IMG/VR virus record: IMGVR_UViG_3300010388_000228
Span: 34,183-98,182 of that record
Length of the DNA stretch: 64,000 nucleotides
Source of the DNA: a virus
Direction: 5' to 3' (one strand)
A program made the translations under genes and the position numbers. The notes under the pieces are model-generated. The model did no database searches. It saw nothing but the letters and a program-made list of their open reading frames with translations, and was not told the origin of the DNA. Position 1 is the stretch's first letter, and each line of letters opens with the position of its first letter. Positions 56,401-64,000 of the stretch are shown here, one piece after another.

Positions 56401-58419
56401 AATTGCAACACTTCTTAATTCGTCACCAACTACTGAAAGATTTTCTGGTACAATTATAGGTAACAATTCGTTATATGTACCAGTTTTAATATATAAAATT
56501 GCAGTTAACCCAGTATTGTCACTAGGTACAAATTTAGTTGATTGTAACGATAACGCAGTAGTAACAATATTCATTAAACTAGTTGCTTCTGCAGATGATA
56601 ATGATTCGATATTAGGCACACTAACTCGAGATACTACTAGATCATCTGGAATATCATTTAACACTTGATAGTTTAATAATGGATTAGTATCTGTTAATAC
56701 ATTATTCATTAAACTTAATAATTGTGTTAGTGCAGGAACAAAGTATTCTATTGATGCTTCGACTAAACTGTTAACTAATATATCAGTTGTACCGTAATAA
56801 AATAACCGTTTAGTTGCTGCAACAGTTTGACTGTTGCCACCACGTTGCATGTCATATAGGACCGAGTCAATAAAATAGCCTGCATCACGTTGTGCGTATG
56901 TATGATCCCATAATGATGTAGGACTAAATGGTGCAATGCTATTAGACATTTGGTATAACATCCATTGATACATTTCAGAGATTAACCATCCTTTATTCAG
57001 TTCTAATGCTAATGTAGCATTTGGAAAATACGTGCCTTTTCTAATAAAATCACAAGAATATCTAATTGTTTTCCATGGTGCTTCTATAGATGTACCATAT
57101 AATGGCGAGTCTATGCCAATGTCATTATCTACATAAAACACAGCCGGGGCTACATTGTAGGTTGACCAAATTGGTAAAGATTGTGAAGTTTGAAATACAT
57201 CGCGAGCATTACCAGCATGAATTGCAGTGTATTTAGAATCATTGTATGTTTCTAAATCACCGTATGAAGTCATTGCATTATTTTTGTTATGTGAAATTAT
57301 TAATGACCAATATACATTATTACTGTCTAAATCCGGACGACGCAATAGTGTCGAAACATGCGATGTAAGACACGTATAAGTACCATTGCCCCATACTGCA
57401 ATATCATTTTTTACATAACTAACACTAGTTGCCCACCGATTTGACCAGTATAACCCCGGAACAATAATCTTCCAATGTATTTCTGATTGGTCAGTAGATG
57501 GGTCAATTGCTGAACTATTTGTAACTGCTTCATATAACGTACCATGGCGCCGAACTACACTTCCGATAGTATATTGAGATGCATTGTTCCATTCATTTTC
57601 AATACTGTAACCTTGATTAAATAATGCCCATTCAGTTGAGCTACTTACTGGGTTGTTATTTAGGTTATTATCAGTTTTACTAATATATGCATTACCACCA
57701 TATATTGCAACATCACCTAAGTTGTATCCGGTCATAGATGTCCATGACGAGTCAAACATCTGTCCTGGTAACCATACGCTCCACTTAGTATCATCAAATA
57801 CACTAGTTGATGTATGATAATTTATACAAATAAAGATACTTGCATCAAGTTTAACTAAATCATTAACTTTATATCGAGTTGCAGTAGTCCAATTAGTTTT
57901 ATATTCAATCCCTTCATAATATGATGTCCAGTGTGAACTATCAATTTCTAACCCATCAGTTATAGTTGCTGCTGATGTATGAGCAGTTAAACATTTATAA
58001 ATTATCCCGCCATATTTAACAAGGTCGTTTTGAATATATCGAGTGTTAGGAGACCAAATTGTATTCCAGTTTGATGATTCTGCGTATACTTCCCAGTTAG
58101 CAGTGTTATTCTGAAATTGAGAACTAGTGTGCGGAATTATACAACGATATGCAGTACCGCCAGCAAGCACAATGTTATCTAAATCGTAGTATGTAGACGT
58201 TACCCACGGTCCTTTCCATGATTTTCCATCTACCGATAAATCCCATTTAGTAGGATCTGCAATGAGATCAGTATGGAATAATGCACTTGACGTATGTCCA
58301 GTTTTACATATGTAAGTTTTACCTTGATGTAGTACTACCGAGTCTTCATCATATCTGACACCAGTTTGCCATTCTCCGACCCATATGTATCGAAATCTAC
58401 TAAGTTTAAATTCTGCCAT
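50407..58419 (-). CDS. Giant virion structural/fibre protein (2670 aa), paralog of 39298-50364
   Basis: Same MAEFKL start, W..Y repeats, GDELRS segment, RPTGG.Y.SLDPG.GP.D segment and C-terminal GRVFFTSTDQDGNF module. Confidence 0.8.
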   Translation of the reverse strand: MAEFKLSRFRYIWVGEWQTGVRYDEDSVVLHQGKTYICKTGHTSSALFHTDLIADPTKWDLSVDGKSWKGPWVTSTYYDLDNIVLAGGTAYRCIIPHTSSQFQNNTANWEVYAESSNWNTIWSPNTRYIQNDLVKYGGIIYKCLTAHTSAATITDGLEIDSSHWTSYYEGIEYKTNWTTATRYKVNDLVKLDASIFICINYHTSTSVFDDTKWSVWLPGQMFDSSWTSMTGYNLGDVAIYGGNAYISKTDNNLNNNPVSSSTEWALFNQGYSIENEWNNASQYTIGSVVRRHGTLYEAVTNSSAIDPSTDQSEIHWKIIVPGLYWSNRWATSVSYVKNDIAVWGNGTYTCLTSHVSTLLRRPDLDSNNVYWSLIISHNKNNAMTSYGDLETYNDSKYTAIHAGNARDVFQTSQSLPIWSTYNVAPAVFYVDNDIGIDSPLYGTSIEAPWKTIRYSCDFIRKGTYFPNATLALELNKGWLISEMYQWMLYQMSNSIAPFSPTSLWDHTYAQRDAGYFIDSVLYDMQRGGNSQTVAATKRLFYYGTTDILVNSLVEASIEYFVPALTQLLSLMNNVLTDTNPLLNYQVLNDIPDDLVVSRVSVPNIESLSSAEATSLMNIVTTALSLQSTKFVPSDNTGLTAILYIKTGTYNELLPIIVPENLSVVGDELRSVAIQPAISLELFCKSTSAITNTVTVTDTTGLTDNMRLQFISPYKNNAPSTFGGVDSGKNYYVVNSSITATTFQIQSSPTITFVGSTTIDSDIISNVSKISNLTVGATIIGNGIPDGTTVLAFDQSINSIATITISNTATASSILASFTAVGQIVNLTTGVGDMLIYAGDCLSDMFYMRNGTTMRNFTMFGLKGTLTVPDEWGLARPTGGSYTSLDPGNGPDDSTVWIIRRSPYMQNITNFGVGCTGTKIDGSLHNGGSKSMLHNDYTQVISDGVGVWCTGSGAITECVSVFSYYSYIGHFSEAGGRIRSTNGNSSYGVFGAVSEGYDLNETPITGTVFNKSTQVQATVKSSFTSIAQLLKLEFGNAGSAYYTPTTNLLKHSNNFLSSWLTDGLVTFTKNNVAPTGYTEAWGVRGTSNNPGSSYVYQNVNINPAGNLYSNIAGSNLIGLGVNGTFDVTVSTSAYQLVINNPGNVYAVGDQILITGIKLGGITGINDLSITINSITTLLWSSGGVATTGNYYSYTSLSGITRYYLATSDGTFSTFGPTFTSGSSTNGSVSLSYGGDGVVGSIATFSSVGVVPDNSDQNYTLSLYVYGGSSTSFNLEGVFLGSSTRTSGISYNVVSKTATPYAANGGFLPSNYGVQKTLIPKWYRIWVAVNDPAGINDTLQFRFYPTGKTAPVADTYSVVYGAQVEISNSTFTPNFYLDSITQKYTAYANFQVVGAGTGAVFLGNEIRSKSVFQGRIVTDLNGVTGGKGYITASNNLQYGNQYYAQIAESDSGTNNYVGMRLVVETGSGAGQYGYISSFNPIDKTVQILRESFDLLTIVSTASGTNLLTISGTDDLSQLYVGQLVQIMPTYYTSIISETSTSSMQFTSATGGTVNTLTVTSTASLHINMPISFAGATFSTITTNYTYYIINIIDDITIQISNELGGDTWQLTSEIGNMQLNYPNYYNYLTASSTGNMLINEPISFTGLSLGGITLGAEYYVSDIIDLNNFTISSTTVSDTATATSTSAITVGSTNQLIPLNPIVFSGTSFDPNISIDTKYYISKIINNSTFNITAGIITVQATMTQFSSNLITVESTVGFVQNQPVKFIGLTFGGIVAETTYFIQIINDEYTFTISHVAGGSVMLLTSAQGKMLAKTCPSPKVLIGGTGLMTISSTGEKTTVSNGIGIMNATFTSSLFGGVSGSTNYYVLTIDSNNITLGTTATGSAITLSSAIGNMKLGAVGWDNITPGLLPVNTLDNTSKYTIEPRTTFSKPPFTQDSAISVVSLAAGVQWTAIAYGNSVFIAMPSSGQTGSYSIDGTNWTSMTLPLSLNWTSITYGNKYWVAIATNSASMAYSSSNGAGWRVSNLPSSQPWSYVSYGNGVFVAIVNSGTNAAYSTNYGKTWTASTLPTIVSTWIGLSYGSGVFAAVSQSGDVAWSYDGTTWQSSQTTLNSNLLSSVQITGSAGQFSCTATSVLLEVNQTVTISGTKAGTGAIAGYDDPTTYYIIATNGTTQFTLSASKGGTAISTTSGTPTGLTYTFTSGAFSAITYGNNRFVAIQNQSSVYASYSFDSIHWFASSTHVSGTDIAYGQGSFVTISDISGACFISDSGLFWNTKSIFNSGYTAIGFGFDVNHIGVFPTLGTGNIGSIIKSGSRTQGRVKIESGVVTTFVLWEPGANYDTIPTVEVTDHNLAISVSLVPRLGNGTLANPTIINRGTGYNTSSTVITITGNGYSDSYQSGYKLIVNNLNNVPAVGSNLTIANDTQVYKVTSADIVYGSTAPFIEANIQISPTITVSNSPEDGTLVSIRQLYSQCRLTNHDFLSIGSGNREETNYPYVDANSTKIQNITVELNQGRVFFTSTDQDGNFTVGNLFGVQQSTGTITLSATQFGLEGLDALSLGGIAVGSSSVIITQFSTDPTFTASSDYVISTQRAIKSYLTSRLSQGGANTFTGQLTAGTVMVGGADRIRSSVPNGQLGSVINISNAYISGAGVDGDFAALQFFIGGGKNRGNGI

Positions 58420-58451
58420 TTATTTTTTTCCTGTATTCGTATGATGTTAAA

Positions 58452-58805
58452 TTATGAATAAACGTATGCTTGATTAATACGAACTACAAATTCGCCATTG
58501 TCATTTATGTAATAAAAGCAATTTCTGTTATCCCATCGATATTGGTCAATGAACAAATTAGGATGCGGCCTAGTATGATCAGCTAATCGTCCATCAAAGT
58601 AATCTGCATTATAATCAAAATCATTAAAGTTATCTTCAGGTGGTCCTGGAATGTTTATTGTAATCGTTGCATTATCGGCTGCTAATTGATCAATTTTATC
58701 AAAATAAACTGTACCGTCATCTGCTCTGCGCAATGCATAAAAATATCTAGCATTTGCTCCTAATAAGTCTGCTTGGCTAATTTCACCACCGACGTAATAT
58801 GTCAT
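58452..58805 (-). CDS. Hypothetical virion protein
   Basis: FYALRR..DG..YF...QYRWD....YYI...GE.VVRIN; lies in the structural operon. Confidence 0.6.
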   Translation of the reverse strand: MTYYVGGEISQADLLGANARYFYALRRADDGTVYFDKIDQLAADNATITINIPGPPEDNFNDFDYNADYFDGRLADHTRPHPNLFIDQYRWDNRNCFYYINDNGEFVVRINQAYVYS

Positions 58806-58814
58806 AATATTCCC

Positions 58815-59147
58815 TTATGTAAGTTCAACATAGCTCATAACGAGATCTATGCTATTATCTAAATTTGATTGCACATATACACTCATAGATTGGCTTAAAA
58901 CTAATTTTTCGCCGCCGTTTACAACTCGTAAACTTTGATGAGATGGTATAATTACATTTTTTATGTAGTATGCTGTGTCTGAGGTTGTAGTATCAAGAAT
59001 TCGAATTGATGCAAGAATGATAGCATCGCTAGTATTTGTTAAACTTAAACCAATTACTGTAACTCTTGTTGACGCACTAGTAGTAAGAATTAACGATTCT
59101 GTAGTGCCAATATTAGCAAAAAGTTTGTTTTTTAAGAGTGTTGCCAT
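58815..59147 (-). CDS. Small virion structural protein
   Basis: Likely start MATLLKN at 59147; VIGLSLTN...IP....L....GEKLVL...D...SYVE pattern. Confidence 0.65.
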   Translation of the reverse strand: MATLLKNKLFANIGTTESLILTTSASTRVTVIGLSLTNTSDAIILASIRILDTTTSDTAYYIKNVIIPSHQSLRVVNGGEKLVLSQSMSVYVQSNLDNSIDLVMSYVELT

Positions 59148-59201
59148 TATATTATCCAAGTGTAAGTTGGTTGATACAATCTGCAAATTTGACCGATACC
59201 C

Positions 59202-59230
59202 AACTAATTGTAGTATTTATACAATTAGTT
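59202..59230. promoter_or_regulatory. Inverted repeat enclosing a TATAAATA late promoter
   Basis: AACTAATTGTA-gtattta-TACAATTAGTT with further flanking pairing; minus-strand TATAAATA at 59214-59221. Confidence 0.6.
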
Positions 59231-59250
59231 AGGTATGGTTATGAGAATTA

Positions 59251-60975
59251 CTAGTATATGGTTCCCCAAGCGCCCCATCCTATTGAGCCGCCGTACGCGG
59301 TGCCTTTGCTGCCACCACCACCGCCGGCCCATGAGTTAGCACTATATGTAGCGTTTGCGGGATACGAACTAGTGCCGCCGGCACTTCCAGCGGCCCATGT
59401 GCCACCACCACCGCCACTAGCACCATAACTACTGCCGCCTGTTCCGCCACCACCGCCGCTATATCCACTTGCGTTAGTGCCGCCACCGCCTGTTCCTGTT
59501 CCTCTGCCGCCACCACCGCCACCACCGCCACCGCCGCCGCCACCTATGGTACTATAATTATACATGTAACTAGTAGAACTTGAATAATAGCCAAAACCGC
59601 CGTTGCCACCGTTGCCACCGCTAGAAGTTCCAGGAGCTCCGGCTCCTGCTCCGCCTTGTCCGCCACCACCACCACCACCGGCAATTGTCGAATAATTATA
59701 AAAATATACAGTGCTATATATAGTAACGCCTGTACCGCCTGAAAATCCGCCACCACCGCCTGACCCTGTACCGCCGTTAGTTGTTGAGCTGCCAGCTCGA
59801 CCAGCTCCGCCGGTAATACTTCCCCAATTATTCCATGTACATGCTGTAGAAATATCCAGTGCGCTTCCACCGTCACATGGGCCGGTTCCGTACGATGCAG
59901 AGTACACACCATCTGCACCATTTATAGTTGCATAATTATTAACAGTAACAGTTGCGCCATAGCCTATTCCAACACCCAGTGTAAAACATGGTCTTGCTTG
60001 ATAATACACTGACTGATACGCTCCATAAATTGTTGCCGTTATTATTGCATACTGATCGCTTGATCCGGTACCGAATGTTGTAATATTTTGCCTACCACTG
60101 CTGTTAAGTGTGTAATTTATAACAGTCCGCGCCATAATTGCATTACTTAACCCGCTATATGCACTATTTCCTACAGAAGTAGTTACCATAACCCTAAACG
60201 AATACGATGATCCACTAACAATCCCTACTGCTGAAAATGATAGTGGATTTGACCCGCCGTTTACTGTATTACCAGAAGAAAGTTGTTCACACTTAGCAGT
60301 ATAAGATGATACTCCATAATACCCTCCTCCTGCATTGTAAGTAAATGGAATATTATATACTTTGCCAGTTTCTGTAATTGTTCCAATAGTCGGTGCAGGA
60401 GGAAATGTTACATTAAATGCTGGAGACGACGGAGTTTGATACCCATTACTATTGTTTGCTTTTACATATATGTTGTATCCGGTGTTGCCTGTTAACCCGG
60501 TGATAGAAGTTCCAGTATATGACGGAGTAACTGACTTTTGTGTACTATCTGTCCATATTGTGTATGTCATACCGGCTACATATGTCCATGCTATAGTAAC
60601 ACTAGTTTCTGAATTAGAAGAAAGTACTAATCCAGTTGGTGCTGCAGCGTTTGTAAGAACTTGTAGTGCAACTGATGTAGCACTACCAGTTGCGTTAATT
60701 GCTTTAACATAAAATGGATAAGATGTATTTGCAGAAAATCCGTAAGATGAATAATCGATTACTGCATAGCTTATTGTAAACCCTGGATCACTTGACCAAC
60801 TGCCGAGTGTTACATCTGTTTTTGATGCACCGTAAAGTATGTGATATGATGTTATAGTTGCATCGTAACTCCAATTTAAAGTAAAACCGGTAGCAGTATA
60901 GGAGCTTGCAGATAGATTTTTTGGCGGCATTGGTCCGCCGCCGGCGACAAGTAATGTTGATAGCATTCCACTCAT
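59251..60975 (-). CDS. Fibre-tip adhesin: FN3 repeats plus a gp38-like glycine-rich domain
   Basis: About three FN3-like units (P.NL......T...L.W...Y.F.VKA.N) then repeated N...I.G.GG.GG motifs like T-even gp38 polyglycine adhesins. Confidence 0.7.
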   Translation of the reverse strand: MSGMLSTLLVAGGGPMPPKNLSASSYTATGFTLNWSYDATITSYHILYGASKTDVTLGSWSSDPGFTISYAVIDYSSYGFSANTSYPFYVKAINATGSATSVALQVLTNAAAPTGLVLSSNSETSVTIAWTYVAGMTYTIWTDSTQKSVTPSYTGTSITGLTGNTGYNIYVKANNSNGYQTPSSPAFNVTFPPAPTIGTITETGKVYNIPFTYNAGGGYYGVSSYTAKCEQLSSGNTVNGGSNPLSFSAVGIVSGSSYSFRVMVTTSVGNSAYSGLSNAIMARTVINYTLNSSGRQNITTFGTGSSDQYAIITATIYGAYQSVYYQARPCFTLGVGIGYGATVTVNNYATINGADGVYSASYGTGPCDGGSALDISTACTWNNWGSITGGAGRAGSSTTNGGTGSGGGGGFSGGTGVTIYSTVYFYNYSTIAGGGGGGGQGGAGAGAPGTSSGGNGGNGGFGYYSSSTSYMYNYSTIGGGGGGGGGGGGGRGTGTGGGGTNASGYSGGGGGTGGSSYGASGGGGGTWAAGSAGGTSSYPANATYSANSWAGGGGGSKGTAYGGSIGWGAWGTIY

Positions 60976-60986
60976 ATATTATTTCC

Positions 60987-63900
60987 TTATGATAATCCCG
61001 AACCTGATATAAACCATTTAGTAGCTGTAACTTTAATAACAGTAGCCATACCGTTTGCAGCTAATGATCGTGTTGTAGCCGAATCGCCCGACGGAATCCA
61101 TACTAACGCATCTGACGTAACTTGTATAGTAAGTATACCAGATCCAGAATCGTTAATAAAAGTTAACACTGTTCCTACTGGGAACGATACTGAACTATTT
61201 GCCGGTATTGTGTATGTATGCGCAGTACCTGAACTATGGAACAAATGTTTTCCCGAATCTGATAGTACAATTGGATACGCATTTGGTTGGGCATTTTGAG
61301 GTACTTCTAAGTAACCTACGTTAATTGTTCCAGCCGGTAATGTAGCAGTAGTATTAGCAGTTGATACTAAGGTTGTTGTAAACGACCCTGACGTAGCAAA
61401 TGTTGAGTTAGTTGCGATTGTTAATGTTGAAGCAGATGCCGGTTGAGTTATTGTTATTTTATTAATAGCAGCACTTGCACCTAATGTTATTGGACTGTTA
61501 ATTGACAACGAATTAGTTGTTGTACCAATATTAATTGTAGTAGTTCCGTATGTACCTGACGAACTTTGAGTACCAATGTTAATATTACCAGCAACAACAG
61601 TACCGCCTGATGTTGGAAAACCGCCGTCGATATAAACATGTCCACCAGTTTTAGTGCCCGATGCGCCGTTAGCAATACCGCCTGCTATTTGTATATTACC
61701 GCCATTTGCAGTTGTAGTACCTTGGCTTGTTCCGCCTACAACTGTTATTTTTCCACCAGTTGACGTTGCAGCAGTAACGGTTCCGCCAGTTAATGTTACT
61801 GTACTGCCGGTTGCAGCTGAAGTACCACTTGCGCCTGCATAAATTGAAATGTTACCAGCAGTTCCGGTAGCTAGTGTAGAATTGCCAGAATAAATGTTAA
61901 TATTACCCGTTGCACCAGCAGTAGTTGAACCTGAGTATAAATTAACATTCCCAGTAGTACCTGCAGTTATAGTTGTTCCAGTGTACAACCATAATGCGCC
62001 TGAAGCATACCCAGTTGCTGAGCCGGTTATAACATACGCATCACCCGAAAACTGCGATGAATCACCTGTACCGATTGTCATCGAACCAGATGTACCAGAT
62101 GTAGTAGTCGTGCCTGTTTTAATTGTAACTGTTCCGGAATTTGCAGAAGTTGCATTACCCGAATTGATAGTAACTGTACCAGATGCACCTGCAGAGTTTC
62201 CAGAATTAATAGCAATTAACCCTGTTGTACCACTTGTAGTAGTTGTTCCGGTGTACAACGATAAAGAACCTGAATTTGAAGCTGCTGCAGGTTGTCCGCT
62301 ATACATTGAAATTGCACCACTAGCTCCGCTAGTTGTAGTATTGCCAGTGTATAATGATAATGTTCCAGATACTGCACTTACTGAAGTTCCAGAATAAACA
62401 GATACCGCGCCAGATGCAGCTGCTGAATTACCTGTATATAACTTAGCAGCACCAGTTGTACCGCTAGTAGTAGTTGTTCCGGTGTATATTGAGATTGATC
62501 CTGACACTGCGCTAATTGCAGTTCCCGACGACACGACTACATTACCAGAATCTGCTCCGGCATTTCCTGAGTTAATAGTAACTGTTCCAGAAGTTGATAT
62601 AGATGTACCCGAATTAAATGTAATTGCGCCAGTAGTTCCTGATACTGTAGTTGCTCCAGTAGCAATTGCTATTGCAGTTGTATTTCCGCCAGCTACTGGT
62701 GATGTTGTAAAACCAGTAATACCAGTTAACGATTGTTCTGCACTACTTCTATTAAATGTAATTGATGTAGTACCAATGTAGTGTGCTGGAATATCTGCAG
62801 CTACTAATGATGACCACACAGGTGCAACACCGTTAGTGCCATCGCCTGTTTGATTAAAGAATTTCTTAGTTGTAGTTGTATTTGGACTTACAAATAATGT
62901 AGTATTAGCTGCACTTTGATATGGCATTGATCCAAGTACACCACTTGCAATGCCTGCTGCATAACCAGTTGTATTTTGATTTAATGTCGGAATGTCAGCT
63001 GCAACAATTGCCCTAAACGACGGAATAGCATCTGAACCATTTGGTGCAGCATAAAACGTATTTGCCGTTTTGCTAGTAAACGCATCTTGTTTTCCGTTAA
63101 ATGTGGACCAATCTGTTGACGTTAGCGCACCTCGATTAGTACTACTAGCATTTGGAACATTAAGTGTTATTACACCAGATGAAATTGTCGATAAAAGGTC
63201 TGTTCCAGTGGTTCCAATAGTTAATGCTGACGATACATACGCAGTACCGTCTGCACTTAGTGCACCGCCTGCTCCAAGTTTAACAAACCCTGATGTTCCT
63301 ACGTTAGGAAATTTTAATGAACCGTTTAATGTAGTAGTACTGCTAGATGACCCTACTGCAATAATAGATGCAGCTCCAAACAAATTACCAGTAGTTACAA
63401 CAGTGTTGAATACGTTTGCAGTAGTAACACCAGTTGATGTTGTTAATGTAGCAGTACCAACAGTTGCATTACCATTAATTACTAATATGTTATCTGTGGT
63501 TGTAGAGCCGATTGTTAATGTAGTTGCACTGGCTGCGTTAACACCAATTTTAACAGAAGTTGCAGCTCCAAACAAATTACCAGTAGTTGCAATTGTGTTG
63601 AATACGTTTGCAGTAGTAACACCAGTGGATGTTAAAATCGATGCTGATCCGGCTGACGCGCCATTAATAGTTAACGTGTTATTGTATGATGTTGACCCAA
63701 CAGTAAGAGTAGTTGCAGCACCTGCACTTGTTCCAACATTAACAGCAGTAGCAGCACCAAATAAGTTACCAGTTAATACATTTGTATTGAATACGTTTGC
63801 AGTAGTAACACCGGTTGATGTTAAAATTGATGCTGATCCAGCTGACGCGCCATTAATTACTAATATGTTATCTGTGGTTGTAGAGCCGATTGTTAATGTA

Positions 63901-64000
63901 GTTGCACTGGCTGCGTTAACACCAATTTTAACAGAAGTTGCAGCTCCAAACAAATTACCAGTAGTTGCAATTGTGTTGAATACGTTTGCAGTAGTAACAC
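60987..64000 (-). CDS. Long tail fibre protein (5' end outside the window)
   Basis: T/G/S-rich repeats (G.I.I.SG..), PSFRAIVAADIP motifs and C-terminal YTIPAN.SV.FP.GT...W...G.GLS module; the frame continues to the window edge. Confidence 0.75.
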   Translation of the reverse strand, partial: VTTANVFNTIATTGNLFGAATSVKIGVNAASATTLTIGSTTTDNILVINGASAGSASILTSTGVTTANVFNTNVLTGNLFGAATAVNVGTSAGAATTLTVGSTSYNNTLTINGASAGSASILTSTGVTTANVFNTIATTGNLFGAATSVKIGVNAASATTLTIGSTTTDNILVINGNATVGTATLTTSTGVTTANVFNTVVTTGNLFGAASIIAVGSSSSTTTLNGSLKFPNVGTSGFVKLGAGGALSADGTAYVSSALTIGTTGTDLLSTISSGVITLNVPNASSTNRGALTSTDWSTFNGKQDAFTSKTANTFYAAPNGSDAIPSFRAIVAADIPTLNQNTTGYAAGIASGVLGSMPYQSAANTTLFVSPNTTTTKKFFNQTGDGTNGVAPVWSSLVAADIPAHYIGTTSITFNRSSAEQSLTGITGFTTSPVAGGNTTAIAIATGATTVSGTTGAITFNSGTSISTSGTVTINSGNAGADSGNVVVSSGTAISAVSGSISIYTGTTTTSGTTGAAKLYTGNSAAASGAVSVYSGTSVSAVSGTLSLYTGNTTTSGASGAISMYSGQPAAASNSGSLSLYTGTTTTSGTTGLIAINSGNSAGASGTVTINSGNATSANSGTVTIKTGTTTTSGTSGSMTIGTGDSSQFSGDAYVITGSATGYASGALWLYTGTTITAGTTGNVNLYSGSTTAGATGNINIYSGNSTLATGTAGNISIYAGASGTSAATGSTVTLTGGTVTAATSTGGKITVVGGTSQGTTTANGGNIQIAGGIANGASGTKTGGHVYIDGGFPTSGGTVVAGNINIGTQSSSGTYGTTTINIGTTTNSLSINSPITLGASAAINKITITQPASASTLTIATNSTFATSGSFTTTLVSTANTTATLPAGTINVGYLEVPQNAQPNAYPIVLSDSGKHLFHSSGTAHTYTIPANSSVSFPVGTVLTFINDSGSGILTIQVTSDALVWIPSGDSATTRSLAANGMATVIKVTATKWFISGSGLS
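63472..64000. repeat. Direct repeats (63-aa units; identical ~150-bp copies 378 bp apart)
   Basis: 63472-63623 matches 63850-64000; additional partial copies at about 63370-63430 and 63600-63850. Confidence 0.85.

Noticed and set aside
40436-62781. Many plus-strand ORFs of 60-170 aa within the fibre and giant genes
   Set aside because: Antisense shadows of Thr/Gly/Ser-biased codons; no independent signals.
1-64000. Stop-codon reassignment (seen in some large phages)
   Set aside because: Core genes are full length in the standard code, and TAA, TAG (e.g. gp13) and TGA (e.g. uvsX) all terminate genes.
1-64000. tRNA or rRNA genes
   Set aside because: Intergenic gaps are short and no cloverleaf or T-loop signatures were seen by eye; tRNAscan-SE would confirm.

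Overview
The window is a 64-kb, AT-rich, gene-dense segment of a large T4-like (myovirus-type) bacteriophage genome using the standard genetic code. It has four blocks. (1) About 1-7.8 kb, minus strand: replication/recombination genes, namely a gp62-like clamp-loader subunit (partial), a 2OG-Fe(II) oxygenase, UvsW, UvsY, UvsX, a free-standing GIY-YIG/NUMOD3 homing endonuclease and gp32 SSB. (2) About 8-26.8 kb: head, packaging, neck and tail genes, namely probable protease-processed internal head proteins (two with peptidoglycan-binding motifs), gp17, gp16, gp4, a tube-like protein, gp19, an enlarged gp18, dNMP kinase, divergent gp13 / gp14-gp15 and a Nudix hydrolase. (3) 26.8-36.5 kb: a divergently transcribed tailoring-enzyme cassette with three flavin-dependent (tryptophan-halogenase-like) enzymes, four 2OG-Fe(II) oxygenases, a GT9-like glycosyltransferase, a NodU-type carbamoyltransferase and an unannotated 21-codon ORF. 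(4) 36.5-64 kb, minus strand: tail-fibre/adhesin genes, including a fibre with a Gly/Cys-rich tip and two giant paralogous structural proteins (3688 and 2670 aa). T4-type late promoter motifs (consensus about nATAAATA) recur before structural genes. The most promising leads are: the halogenase/oxygenase/GT/carbamoyltransferase cassette, possibly a virion-protein or peptide modification system; its small leader ORF; a likely -1 frameshift at an A11 run in a head-protein gene; and a homing endonuclease that appears to have taken over the uvsX start. All product calls come from motif recognition, not database searches.
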